Assembly: GCA_964016885.1 (NCBI GenBank) | Contig: CAXHJY010001580.1 | Location: forward strand, 1-35,200 | Direction of reading: 5' to 3' | DNA: 35,200 nt | Origin: Eledone cirrhosa | Lineage: Eukaryota | Shown: piece by piece, positions 1 to 11,661 of the stretch | Layout: each line of letters opens with the position of its first letter | Numbering within the stretch: position 1 is the stretch's first letter | Translations under genes and position numbers: made by a program | The notes under the pieces: model-generated | The model's input: only the letters and a program-made list of their open reading frames with translations | Told to the model about the DNA's origin: nothing | The model's database searches: none

Positions 1-416
1 GTATTTCTAGGGGTACTTAGTATCTTTGGACATATTAACTTCATTCATTATACTCCGTTATGTAGAGAACAAATCTGTTGTTCTATTTAGCTGCTATTTT
101 TTTTTTTTTTTCAGTAGTAATTATAGACAGCAAGTCTGGTTTTCCGCTTTTACTTCGGTCCGGTTTACATACGGGTCACTTTTACGACCTTTCTGACCTG
201 TATTAGCTGGGAGGAGGTCATATATGTTATCGTTCCTGGGTCGTTTAGCTCTAGGAAAGGAAAATGCTTCTCTGATGAGCTTTGGTTTTCCATCAGATAT
301 CCATTGGATTCTGGGGTTTTACAAAGCGAAACTGATCAGAAGTGGTAAATATTTATATTATATTTTTTAATTTATTTTGAAAAATTGGTTGAATTTTACT
401 TGTTCTGCTTATCTTC
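1..416 (+). mobile_element. Probable 3' end (pLTR) of a Penelope-like element, truncated by the window start
   Basis: HHR motif at 266-343 is followed by ~70 nt of T-rich sequence and then directly by (TA)n at 417. This is the same layout as the other PLE 3' ends here. No coding region is visible. Confidence 0.45.
266..343 (+). ncRNA. Type I hammerhead ribozyme motif (degenerate stem III)
   Basis: GCTTCT-CTGATGA-GCTTTG...CAAAGC-GAAA-CTG-ATC-AGAAGT. Stem I is CTTCT/AGAAG, stem II is GCTTTG/CAAAGC, and the conserved boxes are intact. The 15.2-16.2 pair is mismatched. Confidence 0.65.
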
Positions 417-451
<35 letters not shown>

Positions 452-560
452 TATATATATATATATGTATACACATATATATATATAAACACATATATAT
501 ATATATATGTATACACATATATATATATATACACATATATATATATGTATATATACACAC

Positions 561-591
<31 letters not shown>

Positions 592-618
592 AATATATAT
601 ACACATATATATATATAT

Positions 619-677
<59 letters not shown>

Positions 678-745
678 TATATATACACATATATATATAT
701 ATATACACATATATATATATATACACACACACACATATATATATA
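417..745. repeat. Compound (TA)n/(CA)n microsatellite
   Basis: Directly visible. Confidence 0.95.
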
Positions 746-959
746 GAGATTTCGCTTCTGAATTTGTTTAGCAATATTCTTTATCTGAAAACGTGTGTTG
801 AAACCGATATTGTTATATTTGGGAGGGTCATGTTGCCAATAAGAAACACACGCACCAGTTACTTTCACTTCAATTTATTATACTAAATTTATAAATTTAG
901 GAATTTATAAATTTCCGGTTGGTTGGTTGGTTCCACAAGCAGATGATTGTTTATATATT

Positions 960-1002
960 GTCAAAGTTCTTTCGTCACACATTCTGTGGCCTCTTCAGTG
1001 AC
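960..1002 (-). ncRNA. Minimal type I hammerhead ribozyme (inverted arm)
   Basis: Minus strand reads GTCA-CTGAAGA-GGCCACAGAATGTGTGAC-GAAA-GAAC-TT-TGAC. Confidence 0.7.
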
Positions 1003-1333
1003 TGGGGATTCTTTTCTTTGTTTTTGTGCCTCTCCTTTGTTCTGTCCTACGCCATCTTGTTTTTGTGTTTGTTGTGTGCTTAGTTTGCGCATGTGTTACA
1101 TCCGGGTGTCTGTGTGTGTTTATATTTGTTTATTTATTTGTTTATTTACATGTTACTGTTGGTTGTTTGTTCTATGTGCGTGTGTGTTTTCATTTTGTCC
1201 TTAATTGTAAGTTGTGATGTTGCTGTTCCATTCATGTTTTCTATTTATTAGGAGCAAATTTTGGAATAGAATAGAAAGAACTAGGAATAAGGTTAATAGA
1301 ATAAACTCATTGTATGATTGCAATAAATACCAG

Positions 1334-1879
1334 AGTGTAATGTTCATCGATACATCCCCTAGAAGTGAATTAGCTTACTAATTTAGAAGCGCCGTAGATA
1401 AACATAAACTCAATATTAAGATAGTAGAAAGACCAGGTACCTCCGTAAAAACACTTATTAGCAAGACATACCCTTTTCAAAGACCCCCCCCCCCCTGTAT
1501 AGATAAGAAATGTATAACCTGTAAATTAAGCCGCCATATTAACTGTAAAACTAGAAATGTAGTATATAGCATAAGATGTACTGAAGGACAATGTAGAGAT
1601 AAGAATATAGTGTACATAGGTTAGACAGCTCGTAGTATAGGGGAACGGATAAATGAACACTGGCGAGACCTTCAAGACAGTAAAGAATCATCTGTACTCT
1701 ACCAACATGCTAAAATAGAACATAAGGGTAAATTAGAGAACATAGAAATAAAAATAAAATCTACACACAGAAAAGACGCAATGTTTAGACAAATCACAGA
1801 GGCAATAAACATAAATAAACTCCAACCAAAATTAAATAGAAAACATGAATGGAACAGCAACATCACAACTTATAATTAA
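1334..1879 (+). pseudogene. PLE linker plus GIY-YIG endonuclease remnant (non-Naiad type)
   Basis: Manual translation in one frame gives IKIVERPGTSVK...CIDKKCITC...NCKTRNVVYSIRC...VYIG*TARSIGERINEH...MFRQITEAINI...LNRKHEW. There are two in-frame stops, including TAG at 1622-1624 in YIG(E)T. Not in the ORF track. Confidence 0.85.
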
Positions 1880-2076
1880 GGACAAAATGAAAACACACAT
1901 GCACATAGAATAAACCACCAACTAGTAACATGTAAATAAACAAATAAATAAACAAATATAAACACACACAGACACCCGATGTAACACATGCGCAAACTAA
2001 GCACACAACACACACAAAAACAAGATGGCGTAGGACAGAACAAAGGAGAGGCACAAAAACAAAGAAAATAATCCCA

Positions 2077-2118
2077 GTCACTGAAGAGGTCACAGAATGT
2101 GTGACGAAAGAACTTTGA
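2077..2118 (+). ncRNA. Minimal type I hammerhead ribozyme
   Basis: TCA-CTGAAGA-GGTCACAGAATGTGTGAC-GAAA-GAAC-TT-TGA, with stem II GTCACA/TGTGAC. Confidence 0.7.
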
Positions 2119-2274
2119 AAATATATAAACAATCAACTGGTTGTGGAACCAACCAACCAACAGGAAATTTATAAATTCCTAAATTTATAAATTTATTATA
2201 GTAAATTGAAGTGAAAGCAACTGGTGCTTGTGTGTTCTTATTGGCAACATGACCCTCCCAAAGTATAACAATAT

Positions 2275-2316
2275 ATATATACACATATGTATATATACAC
2301 ATATATATATATATAT

Positions 2317-2383
<67 letters not shown>

Positions 2384-2818
2384 TATATAAATATACACAC
2401 ACACATATATATATATATATAAATATACACACACATATATATATATATATATACACACACATATATATATACATATACACACACATATATATATACACAC
2501 ACATACAAATATATATATATATATACACAAACAAATATATATATATATATACACATATATATATATATATATACACACACACATATATATACACACATAT
2601 ATATATATATACACACATATATATATATATATACACATATATATATACACTCACACATATATATATATATATATACACACACACATATATATATATTATA
2701 TATATGTGTATATATATATATATGTGTATATATGTATGTGTGTATATGTGTATATATATGTGTATATATGTATGTGTGTATATATACTCGTATATATGTG
2801 TATATATGTATGTGTGTG

Positions 2819-2893
<75 letters not shown>

Positions 2894-3246
2894 ATATATA
2901 TATATGTATGTGTATATATATATATGTATGTATATATGAATGTGTATATAGTATGCAGTGATTCTAAATGTAAACCTCAATTATTAATTATTAAAATTTC
3001 ATTTGTCATAAGTCATGTGTTATACTCTGGTGAGTTTAGAGAATTATCTTTGTACAAGGATGACTGCTTGGAACATTTACATTTGTCATATTTAATAACC
3101 ACCTGCACACACACACAAATATATACACGCAGACACACAGAAATATATGTAGTCACACACAGACACACACCCACATATGTAAGCACATATTTATGTATAT
3201 ATATATACACACACACACACAAACACATAATGTGTATATATATATT

Positions 3247-3278
<32 letters not shown>

Positions 3279-3290
3279 CATACATTTATT

Positions 3291-3340
<50 letters not shown>

Positions 3341-3479
3341 CATAGTCATACATAGTTGTACATGTTTATAAATTTAGATAAGTCAATAACTGTATGTGTA
3401 TATGTGCGTGTGTGTATATATATATATATGTGTGTGTATGCTGTGTATATTTATAAACAAAACACACATTTGTGTGTTT

Positions 3480-3566
<87 letters not shown>

Positions 3567-3676
3567 TACATACATACATGCATATCTATATATATATATT
3601 CACATATCAATAAATGTCTGCATACATGCATAATTTTCCATATTAATACACTTTTATCCATCTATCACTTTGCATG

Positions 3677-3762
<86 letters not shown>

Positions 3763-3800
3763 GACAGACAAACACAAATATGTAAATATATGTAGACATA
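2275..3800. repeat. Compound TA/CA/TG microsatellite field with short unique spacers
   Basis: Directly visible. The CA-rich phase flips to TG-rich at ~2697. Confidence 0.9.
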
Positions 3801-4169
3801 TATACACGCCTATATAGTTACAAATTCTGGATGATCGACTTTTATAAAAGAAGTCCATTCTTCTTAAGAACTTTGATCCCATAAAACCATAAATATTATT
3901 ATGCAATAAGGCTGTTATTATTGTTATTGTTTTTATTTAACCTTTAGTCCAGACACTGATTGATCAAACCTATATTATTCTCAATATTTGTTGCCGTGAC
4001 CACAGTCTCAAATTGAAGACATTCAGGTTAACTCTAAACATCTTTATAGATCATCGTTATATATCCAGGTTTTAAATTCAGTCGTTTATATTGGATCTTA
4101 TGGAGGGAAATTGTTCCTGAAAGCCACAATACTCAATTTATCATACAAACTACCAACTGGAACAGTAAG

Positions 4170-4454
4170 TACCCAAAAGTCAGTTGGAAGGTAACACAGA
4201 GGAGACTGAGAGACTGAGGTTAGCTGGATATGCTCAGCAAATTACAGAGTTGACACTGCACTCAGTCCTCCTGTGGGAGCCCCAACATGGGCACACTAGA
4301 AGAGGGAGACCGAGGTTGACATATATTGATGCCCTAAGGACAGAAACTGGTCTCGAGGAGATGCAGGACATGGTGGCAATGATGAAGGACAGAGACAGCG
4401 GGAGAGAACTCGTCCATGGCTCGCGGGAATTTTACCCGCCCTAGATAGATAGAT
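4170..4454 (+). mobile_element. 3' fragment of an RTE-type LINE
   Basis: Translates to RLRLAGY...LLWEPQHGHTRRGRPRLTYIDAL...MKDR, typical of an RTE ORF C-terminus. The stop is followed by a short (TAGA)n tail. Confidence 0.75.
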
Positions 4455-4807
4455 TGGGTGTATATCCAATATAATTGGTACATCGTATCCCAGGGTGAGC
4501 AACTGACCACAAATCAATACAGAAACAACCTATTATGCATGTGTATTATGAGTGTTGAATGAAGAAGTATCAGGAGTTTCAACTGGAATGAAGCTATGGT
4601 AATTATAAACAGAGAAGGACTTGAGCTAAGTTAATGAAAGCTGATCTCTGACTGCTGAATTTCATCAAGATACAGAACGAGTAGAGGGACTTTCTGTTAG
4701 ATTGAACTCATCCAACCCTTTTAAGCATGTAATGTGGATATAAAAAGGATGACGATTTAAATATATTCATTTAAGCGAAAAATTGGCAGTCATTAAAGCA
4801 TAGTTCA

Positions 4808-5059
4808 AAACGTATATCTGTCTTTGTACGTAAAAGGAGAGTGAGATTTGCTGACCACTGCCATCGTGCCGCCTATGAGTCTGTGCTCCTTTTACTGCTT
4901 TGGAAACCACAAGCAGTCACTAGTAACAGGGGGTGCAAGATCTCCTATCCGAATGTCATCTCCAGACTTTAAGGTATTGAAATCCAGGATTTGGCAGTGG
5001 CAATGAATGACAGGCACACGTGGAGATCAATTGTTGAGTCGATTTCGGTTGATGATGAC
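4808..5059 (+). mobile_element. Second RTE-type LINE 3' fragment (different family)
   Basis: Manual translation gives RKRRVRFADHCHRA...LLLWKP...ISYPNVISR*GIEIQDLAVAMNDRHTWRSIV, ending in (GAT)n. Confidence 0.7.
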
Positions 5060-5906
5060 TTGTTCTGGGTCTGTGCTGATTTAAATTCCTGTAAAGTTTA
5101 GCTCTGTTTTTCATCCAGTTAGGTCGATGAATTAAAGTATATTCCAGGGTAGTGGATTGATGAAATTTTTAGAGCAGTGGATGAGAAAATTTGTTATATT
5201 TGCTCTTTTTTTTGTTTGTGTGTGTGTGCTCTGAGTATAAATCGTCACGTGACAATCTTGGGGGGGGGGGGGGTAGACAATATATTGCCTTGTTGAACAC
5301 CACCACATGAAATCTAGGTAACTTTATCACTGCAACATTAACACTAGAACAATTGTTGTGGTAAATGCCAGGCAGAAAAAGGCATTGATGTGAGTGGGGA
5401 AAAAAGAGGGTGGGAAAGGCAATAGAGTGAGAGAAGATAGGGTGTTTTGATGGGTTCCTTCAGGAGATGAGGCGCTTCACAACTCAGAGTGGGATGTGGG
5501 GGTAAGTAGATCCATAAAATTGGGTGGGGGATATGACACTAAATATATAAGTACCTATATAGATAGGCCACTGAGTGATCAATAACTATATATTCGCATA
5601 TCATTCAGTCTTGCTTGCTTACGCAGTTATATATATATGCCTCTTTCTTTCAACAAACACTCACCCCAACTCTGCACACATACACATGTATGCATGTATG
5701 TGTGCGTTTGTGAAATATAAGGGTAATTACAGCTATGTTTCCCAGAGCTACGACAATATTTTCAAAGTGATATCTATATTTTTCTTGTGTCCTATATGTT
5801 ATAAATATGAAATAATATGTTATGAACTGAACATAAATCTCTTTCATAACTCCGTGATTGATGATGGCGACCACTTTGAAGTCGTATATATATATAGGCG
5901 TATGTA

Positions 5907-6160
<254 letters not shown>

Positions 6161-6162
6161 AA

Positions 6163-6422
6163 GGCGCATGGCTTAGTGGTTAGAACAGTAGGCTTGTAAT
6201 CAAAAGGTTGTGAGTTCAATTCTCAGACCAGATGATGTGAGCAAGACACTTTATTTCACGATGCTCCAGTTTACTCAGCTGAAGATGAGTACCAGTAATA
6301 GCTGGAGGTTTAACCCTGCGATAGACTGGCGTCCTGTCCAGGGGCGAGTCTTGTACTCTCAGTCGCGCCACGTCATGAAACCGGGATAAGCACCAGCCAA
6401 AATGAGCCTTCTGGCTTAAGAC
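6163..6422 (+). mobile_element. tRNA-derived SINE
   Basis: A box TGGCTTAGTGG (6169-6179) and B box GTTCAATTC (6214-6222). These are followed by a CORE-like TGAGCAAGACACTTTATTTCAC and a conserved-looking CCTGCGATAGACTGGCGTCCTGTCCAGGGG block, then a microsatellite tail. Confidence 0.8.
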
Positions 6423-6432
6423 ATGTATGTAT

Positions 6433-6473
<41 letters not shown>

Positions 6474-6526
6474 TATATGTATATATATAGAAGGATTTAA
6501 ATGGATACAGTTCAGTTAAAAGGAAT

Positions 6527-6647
6527 TTATTGACACGTGTTTCAATAACAGTTACAAAACCTGAAAACAGCTGCTATCTACAAAGTATTAATTATGCAGA
6601 CATTCAATATTTCAATGTTATTATCAACTGTCATTTCATCATAATAA
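6527..6647 (-). ncRNA. Type I hammerhead with long stem II, core C3 changed to A
   Basis: Minus strand reads TTATT-ATGATGA-AATGACAGTTG...TAACTGTTATT-GAAA-C-ACGT-GTC-AATAA. Confidence 0.7.
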
Positions 6648-7489
6648 TTTTATTGAGAACCTGTTTGGTTTTTGTAGAGAATATTAAGAGGGAGGGGTGA
6701 AGTTGTTAGAAGAATAGTTAAGGGAGTGGATAGAGATTTTGTTGATAGCAGTGAGAATTTATGGTAGCAGTGAGTAATTAGATTCCCATCTGTTGTTTTG
6801 ACATTTTTATAGAATACATTATTTGGCGTTGGTATTTTTCTAAATCTATAGAAGGATTAGAGATAGTAAAGATATGCATGGTTGGTTTTGTGTTTGCACT
6901 TAATTAACATACAGACTTAAATTTTTCTTTCAAGTGTACGTATCCGTTCGCCCACACATTCACACACAAACATATATGCACACCTCTACAAAATACATAC
7001 ACTCACATACACGTACTTACATGCTCATACTTACATACATATATACCTGCACATATATATATATATACATATATATACATATATATATGTACATACATAC
7101 GCATTCATGTATATACATTTTCATACTCAACTTATCTACATATACACACGTATAGGCACACACATATTTACATACATACTCCTGTATATGTGTATATATA
7201 TATATTTAGAAAACTTTAATACATGAATACATATTCATCTAACTATACACCTCAAACATATATATATATTTACTTATTTATATACATTTTCACATATATA
7301 TATACATACATATGGTCGCTTTTAGACACATTCATTATAGCATATTCTCACCTATTCTCATCAGCATATCCTTCCATTATTAGTGTGGTAATTTAAGGTT
7401 ATTAATATACATACATATGTTGAGAAGAGATTGTTTTTATATTTTTCTAACTAGATTGAGGTTTATATAGTTGGGGGGATGTCCCTCTT

Positions 7490-7934
7490 TTATGTAATAT
7501 TCAGCTTGTAGTGGGAAAAAAGGGTTTTAGTTCGGTGACGGCAGAATAATGTTCGTTCAATTCTGTTATTAAGCAATTTCTTCTTGTGTGTGATGATGTA
7601 ATAAATCTCAAGATTACACAATTTGCAGAAATTTTGGCTCCTGGAAAAGCTTTGGGTTTTAGCTAATTTCTCCCATTTTAGGGTAAACTTTTGATCGCTA
7701 TCCCTGAGCGTCCAAGCTTTTTCTGCTAAAGTTGTTACATTTCTTTGGCTCTGGTGTTTTATTGAGTAAGAATGCCTATATAATCGAGATTTAAACGAAG
7801 TTGCCGTTAATCCCACGTAATACCACTCGTTGCCTCCGGATTCAATGGTACACTTATAGATGATATTTTTTTCCAGGCAGTTATTGCCGAGGGGGCAATT
7901 GTCAGGATAGGTGCAGTTACAGTTGTGTACGTTG
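7490..7934 (-). pseudogene. Naiad-type GIY-YIG endonuclease domain, uninterrupted but 5'-truncated
   Basis: [24 protein letters not shown]...[16 protein letters not shown]...CKLCNLE...LLNNRIE...CRH is collinear with the endonuclease of the 7-kb element. The N-terminal part of ORF 7490..8158 is only microsatellite. Confidence 0.88.
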
Positions 7935-8142
7935 TATATATATATATATATATGTATGTATATATACATATGTATGTATATGTACATATATATATACATA
8001 TGTATGTAAATGTGTATGTATACATTTATATATATACATATGTATGTAAATGTGTATGTATATATTTGTATATATACATATGTATGTATATGTGTGTATA
8101 TATATATATATGTATATATACATATGTATGTGTATGTGTATA

Positions 8143-8640
8143 TCATCATCATCTTCATTTAACGTCAATCTTCCTCGCTGGCATGGGTTAGATGGGAGTT
8201 GTCCCACTTGAGGCAAGGTTGGTCAGGTGACCATAGGACTATCTGGCATTTTTCTACGGCTGGATGCCCTTCTTAACACCAACCACATTTACAGTGTGGA
8301 ACTGGGAACTTTTTACTCTGTTACATACACGGCCACATTACAGCGTGGACTGTGTGTTTTTTGTCGTGACACCTACATGATCTCGATCTCATTATCTCAT
8401 TTATTTGGACTGGATGTTGTGGTACCAACTTTACTGAGAGAGGGTGGTGTTGGTGGGAGGATAGGGTATGGGTAGTGGAGTGGGAGGATAGGGTATGGGT
8501 AGTGGATTGGGGTGTATATTTGGTTAAGAGGTGCCTACTAACTGTAGGTTTGGCTTTGTACATGGGCAAGGCGGGTCTGCTGTATTACTGCGTAGCACCA
8601 AAGATCTCAGTCCAGTGACATTGTCTTAGAGAGTTGCAAG
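8143..8640 (-). mobile_element. RTE-associated SINE/LINE remnant with (GAT)n tail
   Basis: CATCATCATC...TTTAACGTC at the left end and TTTCTACGGCTGGATGCCCTTC..AAC.CCAACCAC match an interspersed repeat recalled from cephalopod genomes. The right boundary is uncertain. Confidence 0.5.
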
Positions 8641-8759
8641 TGTGTAAGGTATGAATTTATCAGATCGTGCGAGGTTTTTTGAGGTCTACCTACTCCGTAA
8701 CTACCATCAATTTTGATGTATATGTATATATGTATGTATATGTATATATGTATATATAT

Positions 8760-9237
8760 ATAAACGGAAAAAATGAAACGAAATTTCATTTCCCACTTTT
8801 AGTACGGCTCTTAGTACGGCTGTTACTTAAATATAAGTATGTACACGTACATACATATATGTATACAGACGTACAGTAGTATGTATATAAATATATACAT
8901 ACATGCACACATATATATATGTACGTATGGATTCACCGAACATTTATTATAATGCACGGTGTGTTTGTAAACAAACATCCAGTATTAAGCCGTAGTGTCT
9001 AGCAACCATCGTTGCTTGTTTGTTCAACACTGACAAAGGAACGTTATGTTAGTTTCAAGCTTATTAGCTATCGTCAGCAACGTATACCTTCCTGCCAGAT
9101 TGTTGAACGTATATACTTACCTTATGCATATTAACGGCTGAGTAGCCCAATTTGCATATCGAGTGGGTTAATCGGCCGGGATGTTTGTTTACAAACACAC
9201 CGAGCATTATAATAAATGTTCGGTGAATCCATACGTA
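8760..9237 (-). mobile_element. Diverged solo relative of the 466-bp HHR repeat, with a 5' inverted duplication
   Basis: Collinear with the 13893 unit (AATGAAA(A)CGAAATTTCATTTC, GTATACAGACGTACAGTAG, TGTTCAACACTGACA, TTAACGGCTGAG, AATTTGCATAT). 8922-8980 is the reverse complement of 9179-9237. Confidence 0.85.
9041..9083 (-). ncRNA. Hammerhead motif with altered cleavage triplet
   Basis: ACGTTG-CTGACGA-TAGCTAATAAGCTT-GAAA-CTA-ACA-TAACGT. The GTA of the array copies is ACA here. Confidence 0.6.
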
Positions 9238-9480
9238 TATATATATATGTATGTATGTATATATATATATATATATACATATGTATGTATATATATATAT
9301 ATACATATGTATCTATATATATATACATATGTATGTATATGTATATATATATATATATATACATATGTATGTATATGTTATATATATATATATATATATA
9401 CATATGTATGTATATGTATGTATATATATATACATATGTATGTATATGTATATGTATATATATATATATACATATGTATG

Positions 9481-9519
<39 letters not shown>

Positions 9520-9592
9520 GTATATATATGTATGTATATATATATATATGTATATATATGTATATAAATATATATATATGTATATATATATA
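9238..9592. repeat. Compound (TA)n-CATATGTATG microsatellite
   Basis: Directly visible. Confidence 0.95.
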
Positions 9593-10245
9593 TAATGGAA
9601 AATTTGAACAGGAACAAGACAGAGGCAGTACAACGAATGTTTATTAATTTCACGCTCTTGAGAGTGGGGTGGTGGTGGGGAACGATGTTTCGGGCATAAG
9701 CCCTTCTTCAGGTGAAAAGTGTGTGGGAAGAGAGTTCAAAGGGTGTGTAGGGGAGTGGTGGAGAGACATATAGCAAAAAGAGGGTGGGAGGAAACGGTGC
9801 AAATGAAATTAAAAATAAAAGCATGATTTAAATTAAAATTAAAATGGGGTAAAACAGGTGGTGGAAGGGTGTGGGGCGTGTAGGGGTGGTGGCGGGTGGA
9901 GTGGGGAGAGGTAGACGGGGTGCCCGAGCGGGGAGGGCTGAAGGTGGTGTGTGTGTTTGTGCGTGTGTATGTGAAAGCAAGGCTTGGGGAAGAACGGGGT
10001 TGCATGTTCAGGAAGAGGTGTGTGGGGGGTGGGCTGTAGGTCGGAGTGTGTGTGCGTGTGTGGATAGATGGGTGTGGGGAGAGGAATCCGGAGGCTGAAT
10101 GTGTAAATATGTGGTGGAACGCACGTGTGTGTGTGGTGTTTAAGCGTGTTGTGGGTGTCGGTGGCGGGTGGGAAAAATATTTTGTGGGTGTGTGTGTGGG
10201 TGAGTCATAAAGGTGATTCCGTAAGAAGATGTGATGGAATGGTTA
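9593..10245 (-). mobile_element. 3' UTR fragment of the Neptune-like PLE family (inverted, diverged relative of ~12420-13140)
   Basis: Reverse-complement similarity over ~650 bp, including the HHR and the 3' terminus next to (TA)n. Confidence 0.8.
9681..9714 (-). ncRNA. Minimal hammerhead-like motif
   Basis: CAC-CTGAAGA-AGGGCTTATGCCC-GAAA-CATC-GTT. Stem I is weak and CGTC has become CATC. Confidence 0.5.
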
Positions 10246-10287
10246 GTAAAATCCTAGGATGGTGGTAGATTCCGCGGTCACGGTCCA

Positions 10288-11010
<723 letters not shown>

Positions 11011-11443
11011 CATATATTTTTCACAAGTATGTGAGATTGTATGTTGTCGACCTTAACGAGTGTTACTCTATGATTATGAGAGACAAAATAATCGAAATAA
11101 TTAAATTGACACAATATCAGAGTTATGTAAAATATTATAAAAAGGAATAATAGATACAATATACCTATTTTTTCTTTCGTCCCGACTGTACAGTTTCGCT
11201 GGTCACTATGCAAGAATGTTATATCATAGATATACAACATTGTTGTGAGGTAAGCCAGCTTATCAAGGGAGCACCTCAGGGAAGAGCCCTAACTACATAC
11301 GTCCGTAGCATGCGAGAAAATCTCAGAAAGGCGGAGGCAGACTCTATCACGTGATACACCGGTCAAGAAAGGGGATGAATCCCTTGTAGCAGTGAAAATA
11401 TCTCAGAAGGCGGAGGGAGGTATTGATATGATACATAGGCTAC

Positions 11444-11661
11444 CGAGTCACGGAGCACCTCCGGGACATTCGTCTAGGGGGCAGTTCCCCCATCGCCCGC
11501 CACTTTGGTGGCCCTGGACACTCCGCACGCCATCTCACAGTCTGTGGCCTACTCCAGTGCCACGAACACCCGCCCATCGCCTTATGGTCGAACAACGTAC
11601 TATCTTCATCTTACAGACCCACACTCCCCCCGGCCTGAACTCCCCACCCTTATTCCTTTAG
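11444..11661 (+). pseudogene. GIY-YIG C-terminal remnant (frameshifted)
   Basis: RVTEHLRDIRLGGSSPIARHFGGPGHS...LTVCGL, then a frameshift to HRLMVEQRTIFILQTHTPPGLN. This is the R..E..I..L.T..P.GLN ending typical of Neptune-type PLE endonucleases. Confidence 0.8.

Larger units (their letters stand above)
807..2274 (+). mobile_element. 5'-truncated Penelope-like element with an inverted copy of its 3' end
   Basis: 807-1247 is an imperfect reverse complement of 1833-2274. A GIY-YIG remnant spans the centre and runs into the right arm, and both arms carry an HHR. Inverted pLTRs on truncated copies are a known Penelope structure. Confidence 0.85.
6490..7934 (-). mobile_element. 5'-truncated Naiad-type PLE (second family) flanked by TA-rich microsatellites
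   Basis: GIY-YIG C-terminal domain, a ~1-kb 3' UTR with microsatellite, and an HHR ~40 nt before the TA-rich flank. Confidence 0.8.

Noticed and set aside
746-806. CTGAAAA...GAAACCGAT resembling a hammerhead
   Set aside because: The core box is wrong and there is no convincing stem I or cleavage triplet.
5105-5160. SINE-core-like fragment TTTCATCC...GGTCGATGAATTAAAGTA
   Set aside because: Too short and degenerate to call.
6163-6235. tRNA gene
   Set aside because: A and B boxes are present, but the acceptor stem does not close and a SINE body follows.
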